Positions 28,824-38,449 are shown, counted from the first letter of the stretch. The stretch: 64,000 nt of DNA from an uncultured Candidatus Saccharibacteria bacterium (GCA_964494105.1 CAZBQI010000004.1:15810-79809); one strand, 5' to 3'. The notes: a model not told the origin generated them from the letters alone. Program-made: numbers and translations.

Positions 28824-29187
28824 GCAAGACTACCTGTAAGCCGGATTCTGTCATTGAAGATGATCATCTATCTTGGCGTATTGTTGCCAATACGCTCATG
28901 CGGCTCTAAATCGTTAGTTCATAGCGGGCCACTAGTCCCAAAATTACTTTCGAGTCGAAGAACTAACTACCTTGCAGCGGATGGGGTTTACCACCACACA
29001 GTGTCACCACTGCGGGATTCGCGCTGATCGCGAAACTTTTCACCTTTGGCCAGCTCGAAGAGCTGACTAGTATTGTCTCTGCGGCACTTTCCCTAAGGTC
29101 ACCCTCGGTTGCCGTTAACAACCATCCTTGCCCTACGCTGTCCGGACTTTCCTCTCTTGTAAAAGAGCGACCACCTAGTAGTCTTGC
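28824..29187 (-). ncRNA. rnpB: RNase P RNA (bacterial type A)
   Basis: Minus-strand sequence begins GCAAGACTAC... (P1). It contains AGAGGAAAGTCCGGAC (P4 5' strand) and GGGAAAGTGCCGCAGAGA (P10/P11-like), and ends ...ACAGAATCCGGCTTACAGGTAGTCTTGC (P4 3' strand plus P1 3' strand). Length is about 364 nt with no ORF in the gap. Confidence 0.85.
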
Positions 29188-29219
29188 TGAACTATCTTAG
29201 CAAAGGGGAGTGGGGGTGT

Positions 29220-29570
29220 CTACTTGCTGGCTTGAGCAGTCTTGGCCACAGAGGCGAAAGCATCTGGGTGGTTAGAGGCGAGTTCGCTTAAAATCTTTCG
29301 ATCTAATTTAACTTCAGACTTCTTAAGCCCGCTCATTAGGGTGCTGTATGTAAGACCATGCAATCTGGCGCCGGCGTTGATGCGGGTAATCCAAAGGCCA
29401 CGGAAATCTCGTTTGCGGTTGCGTCGGTCGCGGTAGGCGTAAGAAAGTGATTTGAATATAGCCTGGCGAGCCATGCGTGGGCTAGCTTGACGCATGTGCG
29501 TCATACCCTTGGTTTGCTGTCTGAGTCTCTTATGTCGCTTATGGGCGGTTACGCCACGTTTAATTCTCAT
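29220..29570 (-). CDS. rplT: Ribosomal protein L20
   Basis: MRIKRGVTAHKRHKRL... is the bL20 signature. Confidence 0.9.
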   Translation of the reverse strand: MRIKRGVTAHKRHKRLRQQTKGMTHMRQASPRMARQAIFKSLSYAYRDRRNRKRDFRGLWITRINAGARLHGLTYSTLMSGLKKSEVKLDRKILSELASNHPDAFASVAKTAQASK

Positions 29571-29574
29571 ATGA

Positions 29575-29766
29575 CTAGCCTACCATTTGCCTTACGTTCT
29601 TGCTATCACTTTTGCTAAATGCAGTATCAATAGCGTAGGTTCTTTTTCGACTTGCTCGTTTCTTTGTCAAAAAATGATTACGAAATGCATGGTTACGCAA
29701 TAACTTACCGCTACCGGTTGCTTTTACTCGCTTAGCTGCGCCTTTGTGACTCTTTAGCTTTGGCAT
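29575..29766 (-). CDS. rpmI: Ribosomal protein L35
   Basis: MPKLKSHKGAAKRVK... is the bL35 signature. Confidence 0.85.
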   Translation of the reverse strand: MPKLKSHKGAAKRVKATGSGKLLRNHAFRNHFLTKKRASRKRTYAIDTAFSKSDSKNVRQMVG

Positions 29767-30227
29767 TATTTTTTCCTTACTACAGTTATTAAATGTTTAC
29801 CAGTTTGTTGAGGAGACTGATCTACCGCTACATCATCGCCTAATTCTAAAACGATGCGATCTAATAAGTCTCTTCCTAGGTCTTGATGAGCCATTTCCCG
29901 TCCGCGAAAGAATACACTCATTTTAACCTTATTTCCGCTTTCTAAAAAGGCGCGGATTTTACGTTTCTTAACCTCAAGGTCATGTGTGCCGATTTTTAAA
30001 CCAAAGCGAACCTGTTTTAAGCCAATTGTCTTCTGCTTTTTTTTGGCTTTCTGTTGTTGCTTGGTTTTCTCGTAAAGAAACTTTCCCCAGTTTACGATTT
30101 TTGCCACTGGGGGAGAGGCATCGGGAGCAATTTCTACCAAATCTAAACCGGCCTCTTCGGCCATCTTTAGTGCGTCGGCAAGTTTGACAACTCCGGCCTG
30201 CTTGCCTTCGGCATCGATTAGTCTCAA
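29766..30227 (-). CDS. infC: Translation initiation factor IF-3 (true start probably a non-AUG codon up to ~30 nt upstream)
   Basis: IF3 N- and C-domain motifs. The in-frame upstream sequence NQRVRLNQEIRMRLID matches the conserved IF3 N-terminus (INxEIRAxEVRLI). This indicates the atypical near-cognate start characteristic of infC. Confidence 0.85.
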   Translation of the reverse strand: MRLIDAEGKQAGVVKLADALKMAEEAGLDLVEIAPDASPPVAKIVNWGKFLYEKTKQQQKAKKKQKTIGLKQVRFGLKIGTHDLEVKKRKIRAFLESGNKVKMSVFFRGREMAHQDLGRDLLDRIVLELGDDVAVDQSPQQTGKHLITVVRKK

Positions 30228-30385
30228 TTCAGAAGCACGTATCTCCTGATTAAGACGGACTCGTTGGTTTATATGCTCTCCTTTATATCGGCCATCAGTT
30301 GTTGATGACTACGCTCACCACTGTATCAGAATCTTTCTACCCCTGTCAATCACAGATTCTTAGATTAATTAATTTCTTGTTTGCT

Positions 30386-31261
30386 TTATGATTTCGATTT
30401 GCCGGTGCTTTGGTTTTCTCGATTGGTTATTAGCTGTACTGAGTCTCGGGCAATGTGAATGGCAAATTTCGTTCCACCCAATCGCTGGCCGTCAATAATT
30501 GCTTCGACCGGGGATTTACATTCGATGGTTATGCTTTTACCGTGCAACTGACTTGCATTGGCGGTTTCCTGGCCTGCTTTGTTGAATAGGCGGGAGAGCA
30601 CCGATGGTTTTTCGGCCTTAGATTGTGGAATATAGAGGTGTACAATTAATTCATTAGCCAGAGCCGTATCGAGGAATTTCTGATTAGAAATTGTAATTTG
30701 GTTGGCTGTACCGCGCACCTTGTAGTTGCCATCTATGTCTAATAAGTAATCGAATGGTTTTTGCTTGGTAGGGCCGGAGGCTTTGTCTAAAAGGTTTTGC
30801 CAAACAGGAATTGGGTGGTTACTTACTTCCGGTTGCCAGGTACCCTCGCTGAGAAACGTGCAATCGTAGATGAAAGTTTTGTTGTTGACCTTCATCAATT
30901 GATAGGTTTGTAAGCGCCTAGTAGCTAATACATCGCAAGCGTGTTGCCAATCACCAATCCCCAGGTGGCGTGCCATTAAATTCTGCTTGCCGGTAGGAAT
31001 AATACCGACGGCTACATTGGGGTTTTTTGTTGCATGAACAGCTGTAATTACTTCATTTACTGTTTCATCTCCGCCAATGGCAACAATGGTCTTATAATTA
31101 TCCTCGATTGCTTGTTTGACTATTTTTGTGGCGTCGCCGGATCCTATGGTCTTGTTAAATTCACCATCGATGCCCAGCCCATGAAGATTCGCTTTTAGTT
31201 TTTCTTGAATTCCATCTATGGCACCATTGCCTGCGGCAGGGTTAACAATGTAGTAATACAT
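30386..31261 (-). CDS. Diacylglycerol/lipid kinase catalytic-domain protein (DagK/YegS family)
   Basis: N-terminal YYIVNPAAGNG ... IVAIGGDETVNEV (DAGK_cat GGDG motif). Confidence 0.75.
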   Translation of the reverse strand: MYYYIVNPAAGNGAIDGIQEKLKANLHGLGIDGEFNKTIGSGDATKIVKQAIEDNYKTIVAIGGDETVNEVITAVHATKNPNVAVGIIPTGKQNLMARHLGIGDWQHACDVLATRRLQTYQLMKVNNKTFIYDCTFLSEGTWQPEVSNHPIPVWQNLLDKASGPTKQKPFDYLLDIDGNYKVRGTANQITISNQKFLDTALANELIVHLYIPQSKAEKPSVLSRLFNKAGQETANASQLHGKSITIECKSPVEAIIDGQRLGGTKFAIHIARDSVQLITNRENQSTGKSKS

Positions 31262-31266
31262 AAGGC

Positions 31267-31653
31267 TTACTCCGACTTTGCGCTTTCACTTGACTCCTCG
31301 GGCGGAGGTGCTGGCATTTTTACCTGACCGATGATCATTCCACCATCCTCTACGGCCAAACCGGCCGTATCGACGTCTCCAAGTACTCTGCCACCGGCTA
31401 ATATTATCAGCTTTTCACCGGCTTTTATGTTGCCTCGAATAATACCCCCAACCATAATAATCGAACCAGTAACATTGCCATTGATCCTGCCATTTGCCCC
31501 CAAGCTAACTTCGCCCTTGGTATTAACACTGCCTTCAACAATCCCATCAAGCCAGATGTTGGCTTCGACGGATATATTGCCACGCACTCTAACGCCATCA
31601 GTAATGACTGTTTCTTTAATGTCTACCTGGTCTGCTTTGTTGTGAAATTTCAT
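31267..31653 (-). CDS. Bactofilin (DUF583 beta-helical cytoskeletal protein) with a Pro/Glu-rich tail
   Basis: Repeating G-x-V/I-x-G-N/D-I/V pattern across ~100 aa is typical of the bactofilin beta-helix. Confidence 0.7.
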   Translation of the reverse strand: MKFHNKADQVDIKETVITDGVRVRGNISVEANIWLDGIVEGSVNTKGEVSLGANGRINGNVTGSIIMVGGIIRGNIKAGEKLIILAGGRVLGDVDTAGLAVEDGGMIIGQVKMPAPPPEESSESAKSE

Positions 31654-32144
31654 TTCTTTGTATCCTCCATTGGTTGTCGGGCTTTATTTAGTGCCTGAAT
31701 TTCTTCTTTTGATAAATTATGCTCACTATTGCCATAGTTTATTGCCTTGACGTACACCCTAGTGCCATCGCGACTATGAATACTTGTAATTAAGAAGCCC
31801 GAATCGCTGTTATCAAGCAATGCGAGCACAAAACTCTGATCTCCACCGGTGTTGCGAAATGGGTTGAATCTTACAACTGCTGTTTTTTGAATCGACTTCG
31901 AGCCAATAGCTGCTAGGTGCTTGTAACTTGTTTCGATGTTGTCTAGTTTTTTCTCTGTTAATCCGAGTTTATCGAAGTAAGTTATGATGGTCTCGGCTAG
32001 ATTTTGTTTGCTATCTAAATTGGCAAAAGCAGCTTCAAATCGACGAGCTAGCTTAGTTGTGAGGTTAAATAAGTATATCCAGGCAACGCCAAGCAAAATA
32101 ACAGCCACAATTAGAATAATTACAATCCCATCCATTACATCCAT
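31650..32144 (-). CDS. Hypothetical membrane-anchored protein (DUF4446-like), co-oriented with bactofilin
   Basis: N-terminal TM helix then a soluble domain. Overlaps the bactofilin gene start by 4 nt. Confidence 0.4.
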   Translation of the reverse strand: MDVMDGIVIILIVAVILLGVAWIYLFNLTTKLARRFEAAFANLDSKQNLAETIITYFDKLGLTEKKLDNIETSYKHLAAIGSKSIQKTAVVRFNPFRNTGGDQSFVLALLDNSDSGFLITSIHSRDGTRVYVKAINYGNSEHNLSKEEIQALNKARQPMEDTKK

Positions 32145-32221
32145 ATTACTAAAACGCCGGGACGATTAATACCAGGCAAGCAAGGTTTTATGCATGCGCC
32201 TGACCCTGCTAGTATAGAGTT

Positions 32222-32497
32222 ATGCCCAGAAAGCGAAAAACTAAATCTCAAAAAGTGAAAATGCTATCACGTCGCGATGCTTTGCCTAAATCGATCAACA
32301 AATCCAAGTCAACGCATGTCACTATAGAGAAAGATGTGGTGACGGCAAGCAGTAACACGAAACATCGGACAAACCGAGACGATCTGGTTCGAAGCCTCAA
32401 AATAGTCGGTGCGTTAATCGTAGCCCAACTGATGATATGGGCCATATTACACTTCACGCATTTAGATAATCGGATTTATGAGCTTATTAACGTATAG
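32222..32497 (+). CDS. Hypothetical small basic protein with a C-terminal TM helix
   Basis: ORF only; Lys/Arg-rich N-terminus and a hydrophobic C-terminus. Confidence 0.3.
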   Translation: MPRKRKTKSQKVKMLSRRDALPKSINKSKSTHVTIEKDVVTASSNTKHRTNRDDLVRSLKIVGALIVAQLMIWAILHFTHLDNRIYELINV

Positions 32498-34013
32498 GTT
32501 GTGACGGTTTTGAACGATACTGAAGCGCCTCGCTTAAATGAGTAGGCTTCAACTCTGTGCTGTTTTCTAGATCTGCGATTGTCCGAGCTACTTTCAGGGT
32601 GCGCATGAATGCCCTGGCCGATAAGTCTAAGGCCGTCATTGCTTGAGAAGCCAGTTGTTTAGTTGGATTGTCTAGCTGAATGTATTTCTTAATTTCACTA
32701 TTATTCATATCCGCGTTAGTACGGCTGTTATTGCTAAAACGTTGTATTTGTAAACGGCGCGCAGATGAAACTCTGTTACGTACATGGTCGGTTTGCTTAC
32801 TGGTTGATTGACGAAGTAGTTTTTCATGCTCGACTCGCTTAACGTTTACAACCAGGTCGATTCGATCCAATAGAGGGCCGGAAATTTTTTTTCCGTAGCG
32901 GGCAATTTGTGCGGGGCTACAGCTACAATCACGAATTGGGTCGCCATAATACCCGCAAGGACATGGATTCTGAGTGGCAATTAGAATAAAGCTAGCGGGG
33001 TATGTCACGCTACGGGAGGCGCGACTAACCGTTACGTGACGATCTTCAAGTGGCTGGCGCAAAACTTCAAGCACGCTACGTTTAAATTCTGGAAGCTCGT
33101 CAAGAAATAAAACCCCATTATTTGACAAGCTAATTTCACCGGGACGAGGATTCTGACCACCACCAATTAGCGATACGTCACTGGCCGTGTGGTGAGGCGA
33201 ACGGAATGGGCGAGTAGTTATTATTTTCCCGTCAGTGTATCCCGCCAGACTGTGAATTTTTGTGATTTCAATTATTTCATCCATACTTGGTTCCGGCAAA
33301 ATCGATACCAGCGCTCGCCCTAGCATTGTTTTACCAGCACCTGGCGGACCGGTAAACAGAATGTTATGACCACCAGCCGCAGCTATTTCAAGCGCGCGCT
33401 TTGCTTGTTCTTGGCCATATATGTTTTCGAAGTTATTCTCAGTGTCTTGCTGGTTTATCAAGATTTTTGTTTGTGGCTGGCTATTTATTGGCGCCTCGCC
33501 AATGAGATGTCGGTACAAACCGGAAAGTGTGGTAATTGGCACAACTTTAATCCCGTCGATTAATGCTGCTTCTTCGGCATTTGCGGCTGGCACATATATT
33601 TCCTCTACATTTTCATACTTTGCCAGCTGGGCATAGCTCAGGACGCCGGGCACAGAGCGAATTGCTCCGTCAAGTGCCAGTTCGCCAATAAATAGCTTAC
33701 CCGTCAACGATTTAGCGTCGATTTGGGAACTCGCTGCTAATATGGCGATAGCCATACCAACATCATAGGCAGTACCGTCTTTTGGTATATCGGCAGGTGC
33801 TAAGTTAAGGGTAATACGCTTCTGCGGGGTCTTTAGATAAGAATTTTTAATTGCACCTCTGACCCTTTCTTTCGCTTCATCAATTGCCTTGTTGGCCAAA
33901 CCTACGATTATAAGTGAGGGGAGTCCATTTGTAATATCACATTCAATTTCAATAATACGACTGTCAAAGCCCGTGTGTGCAGCTGCTAGTACTTTAGCCA
34001 GCATGACGGTCAA
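32487..34013 (-). CDS. comM: YifB/ComM-family Mg-chelatase-like AAA+ ATPase
   Basis: N-terminal Lon-like domain (IIEIECDITNGLPSLIIVGL), Walker A (FTGPPGAGKTML) and a C-terminal ChlI-like domain. Confidence 0.85.
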   Translation of the reverse strand: MTVMLAKVLAAAHTGFDSRIIEIECDITNGLPSLIIVGLANKAIDEAKERVRGAIKNSYLKTPQKRITLNLAPADIPKDGTAYDVGMAIAILAASSQIDAKSLTGKLFIGELALDGAIRSVPGVLSYAQLAKYENVEEIYVPAANAEEAALIDGIKVVPITTLSGLYRHLIGEAPINSQPQTKILINQQDTENNFENIYGQEQAKRALEIAAAGGHNILFTGPPGAGKTMLGRALVSILPEPSMDEIIEITKIHSLAGYTDGKIITTRPFRSPHHTASDVSLIGGGQNPRPGEISLSNNGVLFLDELPEFKRSVLEVLRQPLEDRHVTVSRASRSVTYPASFILIATQNPCPCGYYGDPIRDCSCSPAQIARYGKKISGPLLDRIDLVVNVKRVEHEKLLRQSTSKQTDHVRNRVSSARRLQIQRFSNNSRTNADMNNSEIKKYIQLDNPTKQLASQAMTALDLSARAFMRTLKVARTIADLENSTELKPTHLSEALQYRSKPSQPIR

Positions 34014-34956
34014 GGTAGCTTCGATACCAGCTAGCTGCTCGTTCTGGCGAAACAGGGTTAATTACAAGTGAGCCCTTTGTGCTAAGCTCAAAACCTGCCC
34101 AGATATTGGGACGCGGGGTTATCTGAATCATGAAATGGTTTGCGCGCGAATCGATCTTTTCATGGAGAAAGAAATTAAAACTTAGGTTCTTGCTTCCAAT
34201 AGCCCCGGTTATGCCCTTAAGTAGGACGGCGAAATCATGTATCTCATTGGCCGTAGCATCGGTAATTGAGCTGAAATAGCGATTTGGTATTAGCCAAACC
34301 TCTAGTGGCCTTTGGGAGGCGTAAGGGGCCAGTGCGGTGACGTACCAATTAGCTTGAATAATTCTTAGTTGTTGTTCACGTTCCCACTCTAGGGCTGCGC
34401 CCAGGGGAGATGCGCCGAATTGTTGTTTTAGCTTTGTAAATACTTTTTCTTCATTTTCAATACCGGGCGGAATAATCTGTGTTGCGATAATCTGGGAATG
34501 TGTATGGGCCATGCTGGCGCCAGCTTCAATCCCGTGATTTTTAAAAATACTGACGTAGTTTACCTTAGGATCTCGGCGTAGCTCGAGAGCTCGGTTTTGG
34601 TAGGCATTAAGTACGAGCTCTATTTGCTTTATGGGCAGATCATAAAAAGGCGTTCCTTCGTGACTAGTTTCCAGTACAATTTCTTGATGCCCATAGGCCT
34701 GTCTGGAAGCAGTTGATAACGCCGGGTATTTATTCTTTACGACTTTTACTAGCCAATCTCCATTGCGATCTTTTATCTCGAATAGGCTTTTTTCGTTCTC
34801 GATTGGTAAGTTTTTTTGTTTTACGCTAACAGCGTCTTGGCCAGAAGATTTGCGTACAGTAAAGGGCCGATTTTCTCGTTTAGGTGCAATTACTACGTAC
34901 TCATCAAGATAGTAGTGTTTGCGTACCTGAGACCTAGAATAAGGGTTTTTTGCCAT
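33994..34956 (-). CDS. Galactose-1-phosphate uridylyltransferase-like HIT-superfamily nucleotidyltransferase
   Basis: Histidine-triad region AHTHSQIIATQ (HxHxQ, the GalT catalytic motif) and the GalT-like two-half architecture. Overlaps the comM start by 20 nt. Confidence 0.6.
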   Translation of the reverse strand: MAKNPYSRSQVRKHYYLDEYVVIAPKRENRPFTVRKSSGQDAVSVKQKNLPIENEKSLFEIKDRNGDWLVKVVKNKYPALSTASRQAYGHQEIVLETSHEGTPFYDLPIKQIELVLNAYQNRALELRRDPKVNYVSIFKNHGIEAGASMAHTHSQIIATQIIPPGIENEEKVFTKLKQQFGASPLGAALEWEREQQLRIIQANWYVTALAPYASQRPLEVWLIPNRYFSSITDATANEIHDFAVLLKGITGAIGSKNLSFNFFLHEKIDSRANHFMIQITPRPNIWAGFELSTKGSLVINPVSPERAASWYRSYLDRHAG

Positions 34957-35118
34957 GATATTTTGTTATAACGTTTGTGCTTATTGTACCCCGTAGTGCG
35001 CGAGCGAGGCAATTTTATAAACTACAATGCAATTCTGACTTGCTACTACGGGATTGTGACATTCACTGACATTTGATGTCTTGATTTTTCTACCTAACAG
35101 GGGTAGAATAATGCATAT

Positions 35119-35523
35119 GGGGCTGCCATAGCTTCGACGTGAGAACCTTTACAACTTATCTTGCAGGCCGTTCTGACCTTGGCGTTACCGGGGTCAAACA
35201 CTATAGATGCAAAAACATCTGTTTTTAGTCAGGCTCGTGAGTTTGTAGCTAGTCTATTTACTCCGAAAATGACGCCAGCTTTCGCTAGTTTAGCTTAAGC
35301 CGTTCAACTTCTTGATGCCGAATAGAGAAGACGAACGCCAATTATTCGGCTGGACGGAATAACCCGCTTCGCTAATCCGTCGAGATTTTACAGAAGCTAG
35401 CCATTTACATTTTTTGGTCCGTTTTAATGTGTAATTGGCGAATCAACAACTAAGCGGTCTAAGCCTGTAGATGGATAAGATGTGAACTTGCGGACGCGGG
35501 TGCAATACCCGCCAGCTCCACCA
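35119..35523 (+). ncRNA. ssrA: tmRNA (transfer-messenger RNA)
   Basis: 5' end GGGGCTGCCATAGCTTCGACG... parallels E. coli GGGGCUGAUUCUGGAUUCGACG. 3' end GGACGCGGGTGCAATACCCGCCAGCTCCACCA is the tRNA-Ala-like T-arm plus acceptor with CCA. A candidate tag reading frame resumes at GCA (about 35210) and ends ...PAFASLA-TAA at 35296-35298. An intrinsic terminator follows at 35532-35556. Confidence 0.85.
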
Positions 35524-35531
35524 TTAAAAGC

Positions 35532-35556
35532 GCTCAACTTTTTGTTGAGCTTTTTT
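35532..35556 (+). terminator. Intrinsic terminator of ssrA (GCTCAAC-ttttt-GTTGAGC then T6)
   Basis: 7-bp perfect stem immediately after the tmRNA CCA, followed by TTTTTT. Confidence 0.65.
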
Positions 35557-35674
35557 AATTTATGAATCGGTATTGCACCCGAGAGGGCAGAAACTGCCAG
35601 TGGCAGTTTCTGTTATCCTTGCTTGGTCGAGCGACATGAGCGAAGAGAATCAGGAGCGAGCATTAAATGTAACG

Positions 35675-35695
35675 ATACCCGCCAACTCCACCATT
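35675..35695 (+). repeat. 21-nt direct repeat of the tmRNA 3' end (ATACCCGCCAaCTCCACCATT), 170 nt downstream of ssrA
   Basis: Matches 35505-35525 with one mismatch. An 11-bp perfect hairpin (35588-35612) lies between the two copies. Confidence 0.6.
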
Positions 35696-35773
35696 CTACT
35701 TCGCTAAAGCTTCATAGAATTTAGCAAAGCAGAATGCCCTCCATAGCCTTTTGGCGACGTAGGGATTCTTCGT

Positions 35774-36466
35774 TTGATTTGGTATTATCAACTGATGAAG
35801 ACAATTCTAATTACAGGTGCAAGTGACGGAATCGGTAGAAGTATAGCAATAAAGTTAGCTAAAGAAGGACACAAACTGATTCTTTGCGGGCGAGAGAAAC
35901 AAAAGCTACTGGCAGTAGCTAAAGAGTGCAATACACAGTCAAAAATACTAACCTTTGATATAAACGACGCTGGCAAGAGGAAAGAAGCAGTCTCTAAAAT
36001 TAGCGAACTTGATGTACTTATAAATAATGCTGGGATTTGGCATAAGGTTGGAGAGCTTGAAGCAATTGATGATAAAACGATTGAAGAGGTTATTAATACA
36101 AACTTGACCTCGCAGATATTACTCACGAAGGCTTTGCTACCGTTACTAAAAGATAAAGAAGGCTCGGCAGTCATAAACGTAATTTCAAAATCCGGTATTA
36201 CTGCTCAAGAGGGCCAATCTGTATATTCTGCAAGCAAGTGGGGTATGCGTGGTTTCACCGATGTTTTGAGGAATGACACCAAAGATAATGCTGTTCGAAT
36301 CGGATCTGTGTTTCAGTCTGGTACAAACACGAAGTTATTTGAGAAAGCAGGTGATGATTTTCCGGTTGAAACATTCACTGAGCCCGATGACCTAGCAGAT
36401 GTAGTTGTGTTTATGTTAAGTCGTCCTAGGAAGCTTTGGATTAACGAAGTTAGGGTTGATAAATAG
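35774..36466 (+). CDS. SDR-family oxidoreductase
   Basis: TGASDGIG Rossmann motif, NNAG, and YSASKWG (YxxxK). Confidence 0.8.
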   Translation: MIWYYQLMKTILITGASDGIGRSIAIKLAKEGHKLILCGREKQKLLAVAKECNTQSKILTFDINDAGKRKEAVSKISELDVLINNAGIWHKVGELEAIDDKTIEEVINTNLTSQILLTKALLPLLKDKEGSAVINVISKSGITAQEGQSVYSASKWGMRGFTDVLRNDTKDNAVRIGSVFQSGTNTKLFEKAGDDFPVETFTEPDDLADVVVFMLSRPRKLWINEVRVDK

Positions 36467-36577
36467 GCTTAATCAACCCCGAGGGTGTCAGTTAAGAGCT
36501 ATTGATTTTTTATACTACTTATGCTAATGTATGTTTATTGAGTAATTCAATAAAACAAAAAATAACAGAGGAAAAAT

Positions 36578-36838
36578 ATGGATAATATGCATGTTCAACC
36601 ACCTAGTCATCAAACGCGCTCGACGCAACCGGCATCAAGCCCCGCTCCTGACCCAATTGCCACCACAACCCAGTCTGATCAGGCTAATCAGGCTGTAAAT
36701 CTGAACGCAACAATCAGTGATGGTATTGCTATGACACCGGAAAACGTTGCTGCCGCTGTAATTAATGCTCAAAATGACCCTTCGAAGCCCCACTTTGAAA
36801 AGGGCGAACTTATTGCTCCTGATGACAAGCTTATGTAG
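36578..36838 (+). CDS. Hypothetical small protein (Thr/Pro/Ala-rich N-terminus)
   Basis: 86-aa ORF with a plausible SD (AGGAAAAAT) upstream. No family recognised. Confidence 0.35.
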   Translation: MDNMHVQPPSHQTRSTQPASSPAPDPIATTTQSDQANQAVNLNATISDGIAMTPENVAAAVINAQNDPSKPHFEKGELIAPDDKLM

Positions 36839-36874
36839 TTGAGCTACTGAGATCCGCCTTTAGAAAAGGAAGTG

Positions 36875-38449
36875 TTACTCTTCGAGCACGCGATATACTT
36901 CTTGGAGGGAAGTAATTCCCTTAATGACTTTCAGTACTGCTTCTTGAAAAATCGTAACCATACCTTCGCTAACAGCTAGTTCATGAATCCTTTCGGTAGT
37001 AGTTTCCGCGGTTCCACCGCCAATAAATTTCTCCATAGCTTGAGTCATAAGCAATTGTTCGGCAACCATGGTGCGTCCTTTGTAGCCGATATCGTTGCAA
37101 GTTTTACAACCTTTAGCTCTGTAAAGTTCAATATCTGTAACATTTATTTGTTCATCTTTTGCTAAGTTGGCCAGAGTCGTTTGTATTTTCTGAACCTCTT
37201 CGGTCGTTGGTTTATAAGCCTCTTTGCAGGTTTCGCACAGCTTGCGTAGCAGACGTTGCGCCATAATTAAGCGTACCGACGAGGCCAATAGTGGATTCTG
37301 TCCAATCATATCCATCATTCGGCTAACAGCGGCGGCGGCTGATGAGGCATGGAAAGTCGAAAGCACCAGGTGGCCGGTAAGCGCCGCCTGCAAGGCTGTT
37401 TTCGCAGTATCCGCATCACGAATTTCTCCAAGCATTATGATGTCAGGGTCTTCGCGTAATACGCTTCTAAATTTATCAGCAAAAGACTCGCCGTCAATTG
37501 AATAGACAGGTATCTGGGCGACCCCCTTTAGCTCGTATTCGACCGGATCTTCAAGCGTAATAATCTTTACATCAGGACCGTTTAGGCGGTTTAGGATGGC
37601 GTATTGTGTAGAAGTTTTGCCTGAACCAGTTGGACCAACCATCAGCACCATGCCATGCGGGTGAGTAATGAGATCAATAATCACCTCAGACTGTTTCTTG
37701 GATAATCCGGCTTGATCTAAATTCAAATACTGAACGTCCAGGTTGAAAATTCTGACTACAATATCGGTACCGTGAAGTGTTGGTATTGTCTCTAGTCGCA
37801 TATCTACTTTTTCCAGTTTGCCGTCTTTTCCTTCGAGGACCTCCGAAATACGACCAGTTTGAGCGTAGCCGGCGTTCCATTTGATCCCGCCTCGCGTTTG
37901 TATATCTGTAAGTAGGACTTGGTATTTATCGTAATCGATTGTTGTTATTGGCTGAAGGACGCCATCAATTCGATAACGAATCACAACGTTCATATCGCCG
38001 GGTTCGATATGAATATCTGAAGCAGCGTGGCTAAAGGCTTGTTGAGCCATCGTTGCAAACAAGTCTTTTTGAGCAGCAGTTGCGATTTGGTCTTGTTCGG
38101 ATAAACGTTTGAAAGCAAATGGATCTTCAGGGTGAGTGCGCTCGAAAAATTCCTCGTAAAGCAGTTGGTAGCCACTCTCGGAAATTAACACGGTCTTTAT
38201 ATTGACTTGTGGCAGTGTCTCTTTTAGCTTGTCTAACGAAGAGCGCTTGGTGTTTTGGGTGAAACCAAAAGTCATGCTGATAGGATCATGAAGAAGGGGT
38301 ATGACGTGCAGTTTATCGAGCAGAGTTGAGTCGATTTGCACGCCCCCGTAATCGGGATGGGCGTTGCGAGTATCGAGATATCCGCACTTTAATATCTTTG
38401 CCCTGGTTGATGTTCTTTGTTCTTCTTTTTCGCGAACTCTAGGATCCAT
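36875..38449 (-). CDS. pilB: Type IV pilus assembly / type II secretion ATPase (GspE/PilB family)
   Basis: Walker A in LMVGPTGSGKTST, Asp and His boxes, and the C-terminal tetracysteine motif (CETC...CKTC). Confidence 0.85.
   Translation of the reverse strand: MDPRVREKEEQRTSTRAKILKCGYLDTRNAHPDYGGVQIDSTLLDKLHVIPLLHDPISMTFGFTQNTKRSSLDKLKETLPQVNIKTVLISESGYQLLYEEFFERTHPEDPFAFKRLSEQDQIATAAQKDLFATMAQQAFSHAASDIHIEPGDMNVVIRYRIDGVLQPITTIDYDKYQVLLTDIQTRGGIKWNAGYAQTGRISEVLEGKDGKLEKVDMRLETIPTLHGTDIVVRIFNLDVQYLNLDQAGLSKKQSEVIIDLITHPHGMVLMVGPTGSGKTSTQYAILNRLNGPDVKIITLEDPVEYELKGVAQIPVYSIDGESFADKFRSVLREDPDIIMLGEIRDADTAKTALQAALTGHLVLSTFHASSAAAAVSRMMDMIGQNPLLASSVRLIMAQRLLRKLCETCKEAYKPTTEEVQKIQTTLANLAKDEQINVTDIELYRAKGCKTCNDIGYKGRTMVAEQLLMTQAMEKFIGGGTAETTTERIHELAVSEGMVTIFQEAVLKVIKGITSLQEVYRVLEE

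Noticed and set aside
29242-30187. Plus-strand ORFs 29242..29436 and 29984..30187
   Set aside because: They are antisense to the conserved rplT and infC genes, are Arg/Ser-rich with low complexity, and match no family.
35119-35773. Complete genomic island integrated at ssrA
   Set aside because: Only 170 nt separate the two copies of the tmRNA 3' end and there is no integrase or cargo. At most a scar or miniature element, so it is reported as a finding rather than a mobile-element feature.
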